A DNA stretch of 54,711 nt, the filler included, from Dirinaria sp. TL-2023a (taxonomy: Eukaryota): NCBI GenBank assembly GCA_051941275.1. It is 3 parts of 3 records of this genome, joined end to end, with 100 filler letters (N's around TTAATTAATTAA, not from the genome) between each part and the next. Parts side by side here need not be neighbours in the genome. Positions count along the whole stretch, not along the records: positions 36,550 to 54,711 come from JAVEBF010000397.1; 2 more parts are not named here. The stretch is one strand, 5' to 3'. Within the stretch, counting starts at the first letter, position 1. Every line of letters begins with the position of its first letter. The notes below the pieces were generated by a model. It was not told the DNA's origin, searched no databases, and was given only the letters and a program-made list of their open reading frames with translations. A program made the translations under genes and the position numbers. Positions 48,191 through 54,711 of the stretch are shown one piece after another.

Positions 48191-50591
48191 TTATATATAT
48201 ACATATGACATCGCGTCAAGGAAGCGCTTGGAGAAGAGGCGGACATATTCATACTTGCACCACCAGGTGCTGCCAGAGAGGCGCTAGCATTGAATAGCAT
48301 ACAAGACAAAAGTTAGGAGAATGCTGAGCATGAAGATAGTCACGAGGTCCATGGTCTTGAATGCAAAGATAGTAACGAGGATCAACCCACAGCCAAACCT
48401 CCTGAAGTGCTTTCAATGCCTTATGAGCTCGTGTTACAAAGAGTTATTGTATCAGATTTCAGGCCTCGCCAGCGCCAAATGCGTCTATCTAGCAAGCAAA
48501 GGCTGCCTCAAATCATGCTGTCTGAAGTGTCAACAGCTTCATCTACCTCTGCGGCCGATATCAGGAGTGGGCGGATGGGGAAGCGCTTTTGCGATGCGAT
48601 AGCGAGTGCGATAATACGCGAACGATGAAGCAAAAGTAAAAGCCAAAGGAGGTTTCTATGGAGCATTATGTGCTTCTTCAGGCACCCTGTCAAGAGGACT
48701 ACCATGTATGCTGCCAAAAGTCATCTTCAATGCCGCTAACCGCATCTGGAAATTCTATGCCCCTATGCTCCTAGGTCAAATGTTTGCATAGAAGCGACCG
48801 CATACCTATCAAATTTGCACCTGAGGTGGCATAGATGACCTCTGTGAGGTGATAGTGCCTCTATGAGGTGACATCGCGGGCATCGATGCCACTTCCCCCC
48901 TACCTTGCAAGGCACTACAAAGTCCGGCACGAAGTGCTAATCCAAACCACGAGCAAAAGTTGGCCCTAAGACTAAGAAGAGTCGAGCCAAGAGTAAGATT
49001 GATCCATCCAAAAATGTTGTTGAGGAATTCCAACAACCTTCCAATTCTCCCGGCTCACTAAGGAAAAAATCTTCCGGCTGTAAAAGCAATAAAGGTCATA
49101 GCAAAAAAGAGAGAGTTCGTCAACCCACTTCAGCTCCAGAAGCACTTCAGCATCATGCAAGATTAAGATCAGGCGTTGGATCACAGCGTCACGGCAGGAG
49201 CCCTCGTCGCAGAAAGCTCCGAAAAGAAGGAGAAAACGGATTAGGAGCACCACTGCGGAAGTAAGGGCTCAGAGCTGGAAATAAGTAGGAACAAATAAAA
49301 ACTGGTGCTCCTTATAACTGATGAAGAAATACTAGAGCTTGGAAATTCCACGGTCTTTTCTCTCGACTCATCATCTACAGGAACATACATCGATAGATCC
49401 GGGCATTACTACCACCACAATCCCATGTATAAAATCTATTTTTTATCTACAATCTACACCAACAAAATTAAAATGTTTAACTGATCCTGCTACATCTAAT
49501 ACGTTACATGATGTAATGTTCCCACTGCCGTCACACCACAATACTCTGCTGCGGTAAAATCCTCTCCACTACTCGTTTTCAGCTATCAATGCCACTCTCA
49601 TCCTGCCCTGCTCTCCTCTTTCAAAACTTAGCCTTAAACGATCCACCTATTTTCCAGTGGCACTTCCGTAACGCATCAATCCACTGTCCCTTCGTTAAAC
49701 CTTATGCTTTTCAGACAGACCTCCTGTTAGAGCATAGAAAATGGATATCCTTAATCCCGAGACATCAAAGAGATGGAATTCATTACCACTTGAAAATAAG
49801 TAGCGCGCAGCGTAGTATAGCAATAATAAGACCCCAAAGCAAAAAGTTTCCGACAGGAACTGCAATGTTCTTCTTCTTTCGCCTGCCACTTTGCCACAAG
49901 TCCCTGCCAGAAGATGTATCTAAAAAAAACCAGCGAAATTGTATCCAAAAAAGCAATTTCCAGAATCCAAAAAGAATAGTACATGAGGCCGAAAAGAAAG
50001 AGATGATCTAGTGGAATTTTAAAAATTCCCCACACCAAGCAGAAAGAGAAGAATCTCTAAAAGCGTATCAGAGATCTCTCCCTTATAACCCCTAAAAAAA
50101 TGGAAGTTTTTTACTTTGGAGACTTATAGCACTCCTGACATATAAATAGCCCCTGTTTCAAAACCAGTCTTGCAAAGGGGAATCTATAGTTTCTCTACGT
50201 ACCTATTTATGCTGCATGTATATACTTTACTCAGACACTATGCACAGGCATGTTATAAATTCGTATTTATTTTAATTAAGAGCTTCGAAAGGATTAAGAA
50301 GCGTGAGAAGCTAATTCAGTTGCTAACGAAGAATAAAACCACGAATAAGCGCACGCAGTGGCCGCTAAAGAATAAAGAACACGAAATTAAAAACCCGCAT
50401 GTCTCATGTCCCATTGCAAGTCCGATTCCCTTCCATCGTTTCATCGTTGATTAATACCATATACATATTGCATGCGATCGATGAGGTACCAGACCCTTTG
50501 TGGAAAAGATCGGCGTGAGCATTATTTGAACAAGAATTGGAAGCTCCGATACACCTTCCTATTGAGGTTCACAGTCGGTGCGCCACCAGTG

Positions 50592-52166
50592 CTAATCACC
50601 TCCCGTGAAATCCTCCGCGGAAAAAAACCCACTTTCCAGCCAGTTGAAGTCGATGTCCGAAGTAGCAGGGACATCGTGGGGCTGGTTTGTGGTGCTCTGT
50701 TCAGGCGCCTCGGCGCCAGGATTGGTATTGTCTCTTGGGAATGTCTGATTGCTACCGAAGCAATCAAAATCAAGAAGCGTCTCTGAAAGGTCGGCGCTTG
50801 GTTTGGCGACGCCGGGACCAGGTGCATCATCGTTATAGATGTTTTGCGGTACCCAGGCCATCGTGCTGTAAGGAATGTGGTTGCTGGGTGGCGTATATAT
50901 AGATATAGAGGGTGTGGTAGCTTGTGTGAGCGAAGGAGAGGGAGAATGATGTGGTTGTGGAGTTCTGACAGTAGGTGTGTGGACGGTTTGATTATAATGA
51001 GGCGCTGAAGCTATTACACTCCTCCCGGGTTGGCTGATAGGTGCTTCGTGGCTAAAACTGTCGAACCTAGCTAGATCTGTTGTACGAGCCATTGGTCTGG
51101 AGCCTGTCCCACGAAAACATGATTGAGGTTGTGGAGTCTGCGGATGTGAACGCAGTGAACGTCGAGGTTGCAAAGCTAGCTTGGTAGCCGAAGCTTCATC
51201 AAACTCATCGTAATCAGACAGGCCGACAGCCTCCAGATAGTCATGCAATGTCTGTCTTACGGGCACTGTAGTGTCATACTCTTCCTCATGGGCTTTCTTA
51301 AGCTGCATGTACTTGTTCCAAGCCTTGACAATCTTTTCATATTGTCTCCTCTGTGTAAAGTCTTTGTTGTCAGGCCGTGCTTTGTTCGGGAACTGACCAG
51401 TATTCTGCAGATCTATTTCGGCTCTCTCATATGGCCAAAGGTTTCGAAAACCTCGTGTTGAGTTGGCTTGCTTGCATTCTTCTGGAAGGATGCTAGCCAG
51501 ATAGTTCTCTATGCTTTCACTTCCAACTTTGGGAGTCCATGAAATGCAGCCAGCGATCTTCCGGAAGCGAGTCATCCTCATGCTGATCGTTCCAGTCCGA
51601 ATGGGTTCGGAGCCATTAGCATCCAACATCCCTGGCATTCGAGCTTGGATGTCTTGAACCCCGACGTTGTCATGATAGCAATCCCTCACAATAGCTTCCA
51701 AGAGCCAGTCCTCGCATACCGAGGAGATTGTTAGAGGCATGTTGAAAGCGAGCACCGGTGCTGATCGTCTGTCAAGAACCAGCCATCCTTCAACGGTATA
51801 TAACCAGCCAGGCGTTCCACGATTGCTTGGTCTCTCAGTGTCTGGTTTGTATTGGAATATAACTTCGGGCCAGTTCTTCCGCGTCGGGCCCCAATGCTGA
51901 TGAGGACCGTAGAAGCACGTGATATCATTGGCCATTGTCCCTTTCGCTCGACCATGAGTGTAAAGATCGGTATCATATTCAGCGATCCATACCTGACGGT
52001 AGTCGTTATGGTACACCGCTACGAGGCTTCGATTGTTAGGATGATCATGGTAAGAGTACAGCTCTATTGGGATGCCCGAACATGTTCTTGAACCCAGGGA
52101 GGGTAACTCGGACACTGTAGGATTGGATCGTGGAGTCTTCTGCTTCACAGTACGACGCGGCGGCAT
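50592..52166 (-). CDS. Hypothetical protein (524 aa, intronless), paralogue B of the same unnamed family
   Basis: Long uninterrupted ORF with ATG; core MPLTISS..WLLEAIVR..DIQARMP..TISMRMTRFRKIAG..WTPKVGS..IENYL..LP..C..NSTRGFRNL; P/S/T-rich disordered tail ending in an acidic-aromatic segment. Confidence 0.85.
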   Translation of the reverse strand: MPPRRTVKQKTPRSNPTVSELPSLGSRTCSGIPIELYSYHDHPNNRSLVAVYHNDYRQVWIAEYDTDLYTHGRAKGTMANDITCFYGPHQHWGPTRKNWPEVIFQYKPDTERPSNRGTPGWLYTVEGWLVLDRRSAPVLAFNMPLTISSVCEDWLLEAIVRDCYHDNVGVQDIQARMPGMLDANGSEPIRTGTISMRMTRFRKIAGCISWTPKVGSESIENYLASILPEECKQANSTRGFRNLWPYERAEIDLQNTGQFPNKARPDNKDFTQRRQYEKIVKAWNKYMQLKKAHEEEYDTTVPVRQTLHDYLEAVGLSDYDEFDEASATKLALQPRRSLRSHPQTPQPQSCFRGTGSRPMARTTDLARFDSFSHEAPISQPGRSVIASAPHYNQTVHTPTVRTPQPHHSPSPSLTQATTPSISIYTPPSNHIPYSTMAWVPQNIYNDDAPGPGVAKPSADLSETLLDFDCFGSNQTFPRDNTNPGAEAPEQSTTNQPHDVPATSDIDFNWLESGFFSAEDFTGGD

Positions 52167-54711
52167 GATATCCGAATTCTGAGTGAAGAATGAGGTTCAG
52201 CGAAGTGTTTGGATCAGTCCAAGTGGAGTGACAGTTACCGAAAGAGTCGTCCGTTCTGCAAAATAGCGGGGGTTGCCCCTGTCCAATAAGACCTGGAAAC
52301 CCTGACTTGTGGAGGTGAAGAAACAGAACAAGCTAATTGGCGGTCAGGGGGTTTATGTAATAAACCGTATTCGGAGTCCAGGGTAGTCACATATGGATGT
52401 GATATGATGGTAGCCGACAAAGGCATTGTTTGGGCGATTCACCTGTACCGAATCCCGTCACAAAGGCCCAGGTTGTCATACGAAAATGGCATTGATCATT
52501 TAGCACAGTATGTGTTAAATAGCGTCTTTGTTTGGAAAGTACGGAGGACAGACCAGGATAGTAGGCTTCGAAACTCTGAGCGCTCAAGGAACCTCATAGG
52601 GAGCGAGATATGCCAAAGCGTCGACACCACTAGATATACGAGCATTTTTTATCTTCAGCTATGGCCAGCAGACTGGTGGCTCGTCCCTTTACTCTCATCA
52701 GCGGAGCTTCAAGGACGCATTATGCTCTAGTCCGTCTTTTAGATTCTTGTTTCACCAGAGCCTTTTTTTGCTTTGTAAGTGGCTATTTCTCTTCGCTTGA
52801 TGCCTGAGGCGCAGGCAGCATATTAATCGTCATCTTCAATCTTATTTGAGGACAGGCTCCTGAGATCCGGCCGGAGAAGCTTAACCCCTGATTCAAACCT
52901 CTAATTAGTTACTGAAGCCATCAAGGTATACTCTGAGGCACGGCTTCAGAAGATAATGCTTACAGCTATTACCCGTACTCTCAGAGAAGCTCAAAGCGCA
53001 CAGAAAAGGGATGCAGATAGCCTTCCAGACTGATCCTAAGTCCTGGCCTCCACTTCTTGCGCTCCTGCCGCTCATATAGCGATTTTCCCAATCGAACAGT
53101 GAGTAGAAATACACTTCTAGTCAATTTTCAGATGACCTCTGACACTCGATTTAGCTTCGTTCCATGGCACTCGTTTCGTTTGGCCATATTACCTATCGCC
53201 GCTTTAGCGATGTCGCGCGGCTCCATGCTCAGCAAAAAGTGTTAGCAGACAGCCTCTAAACTACAATACGATGTCCACAATCAGCTTGCACTTCTGTTGA
53301 TTGACTGGTAGTGGCAGAGGCTTACAGTGTTCTACATCGTTGATCGACACGCGTTTATTTTGTTTGCTTTCAAAGCCATCGCAATGTGTTTTCCAGAGTC
53401 AGATACAGTCGAACGCTCCATTGCCAGAGATTTTACGATGCATTGACAGTCATCCTTGCGTGCATGGACTTTACGCCAAGGTATTTGGAGATCTTGGATT
53501 AGAGCTCCAAGAGGGAAAAGTCTGTCACTCCTGTCACTTCGAAAGGTATCGAATTATGACTTCAGTATGTTGCGTAATTATCCGGTGTAACAATACACTA
53601 GACCTCGACTAATCTTCAATGAGAGAAGCTCTTAGACGAACTTACATACCGGTATTTTAAAGATCTGTTGTAAGAAAAGAAGTTCTATGATCAGTAGTTT
53701 GTATAGCCATAGTGTAAGTTCGAGAAGCTCTTAAAGAGAAGTTCCTTGGATGGAGCCATTTCAAAAGTCGGGTGTGAATTATTGATGAAGTTTCCGTATT
53801 GTGTTGCTTGAGTGTTTGTACAGACTGATGTTGGTCTCCTGGTATGTTCAATGAAAAGATCTCTCAAAAGCAATGATGTTTTGTTATTTTCCCCAGTGAC
53901 GAATGAGAAGACTTGGATCTCTGCAGCACATGACCAATGTTATAGCGGTGGCAGTCGGGAACATCCTCAGATGAGCCCAAGAATACGGTATCGCAGAGCC
54001 AAGAAGACATATCCAGCGACTTTGTTGGTGGTACAGAGACGGTACTTGTCACAGTATCATGACAGCAAAGATGTGCTTCATCCTGATCCATTGGAGAGCA
54101 GATGAGCTTTTTCAATACCGAATGCCCCACATACTTCAGGAGTTGATATACTATGATTCTTCCTGAAGAAACCTGGATATAGGAATTTACGGAAAATATT
54201 TGCACTGAGTCGCATGGCTTATAGAGTCGGGAAATCCTTATCACTGCGTCCCCATTGCGCAAAGACAAGCATTCCTAACATGCCAAGCTTCGTTCAATGA
54301 TGGATCACAAAGAATTAGCATACCCTCGACATTCATCTATCATGATCTTGCGCAGTCACACCAGTCCAGCTACAGAGCCGCACAAAGTGTTGTCACTCGG
54401 CTTCTATGATTTGATCCATTGGAGGGGTTCGTCGTGAGGAAGTCTCCTTCTTTACTGCAATTCTCTCAATTCCTGCCCTCTGATAAAACACCATCTTAAC
54501 GTCAGACTGCTTCTTTTGCTACCAACGGACCGAATATAAAGGCGAAAAAAAAGCTGCAGGAGTTGACCGGATCGGTAGCACAAAAATCGATCCCGTTGCT
54601 TATTTCACAGTTCACCCTAGTGGGATGGTTCCTAGGATTTGACTATATGAAGAGGATCTTGGCCTTCAGCATCAAATAGATTACCCTATATTGGCCAATT
54701 GAGCATACGAG

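Noticed and set aside
53280..54711. Possible degraded coding sequence at the right end
   Set aside because: Only short ORFs with no identifiable motif in any frame; cannot be supported by eye.
1..54711. tRNA, rRNA or snRNA genes
   Set aside because: No convincing cloverleaf or rRNA-like sequence noticed by eye; tRNAscan-SE/Infernal would be needed to exclude them.

Overview
Eukaryotic DNA from a filamentous ascomycete (Pezizomycotina; a lichen-type Lecanoromycete is a guess). Evidence: short GT-AG introns with CTRAC branch sites and fungal-type orthologues. Two artificial 100-nt linkers (44N-TTAATTAATTAA-44N at 18179-18278 and 36450-36549) split the window into three segments whose adjacency is unproven. 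Segment 1 (1-18178) has a secreted GPI-type protein, pyrG/URA3, PUS7, a 195-bp TA-flanked MITE-like hairpin, an SRA/YDG-domain gene, a SesA-like/ankyrin NLR-related gene, a frameshifted NLR-type repeat relic, a DAL5-like MFS permease and a probable LTR-retroelement remnant. Segment 2 (18279-36449) has TRS120 head-to-head with a large GHKL-ATPase/HEXXH protein, an Amt/Mep ammonium transporter and an orphan gene. Segment 3 (36550-54711) is gene-poor and accessory-like. It holds decayed genes and two divergent paralogues of an unnamed family (one with five introns, one intronless) on either side of a degenerate ~430-bp-unit tandem array, the most unusual structure seen. All calls are by eye and no database searches were run.
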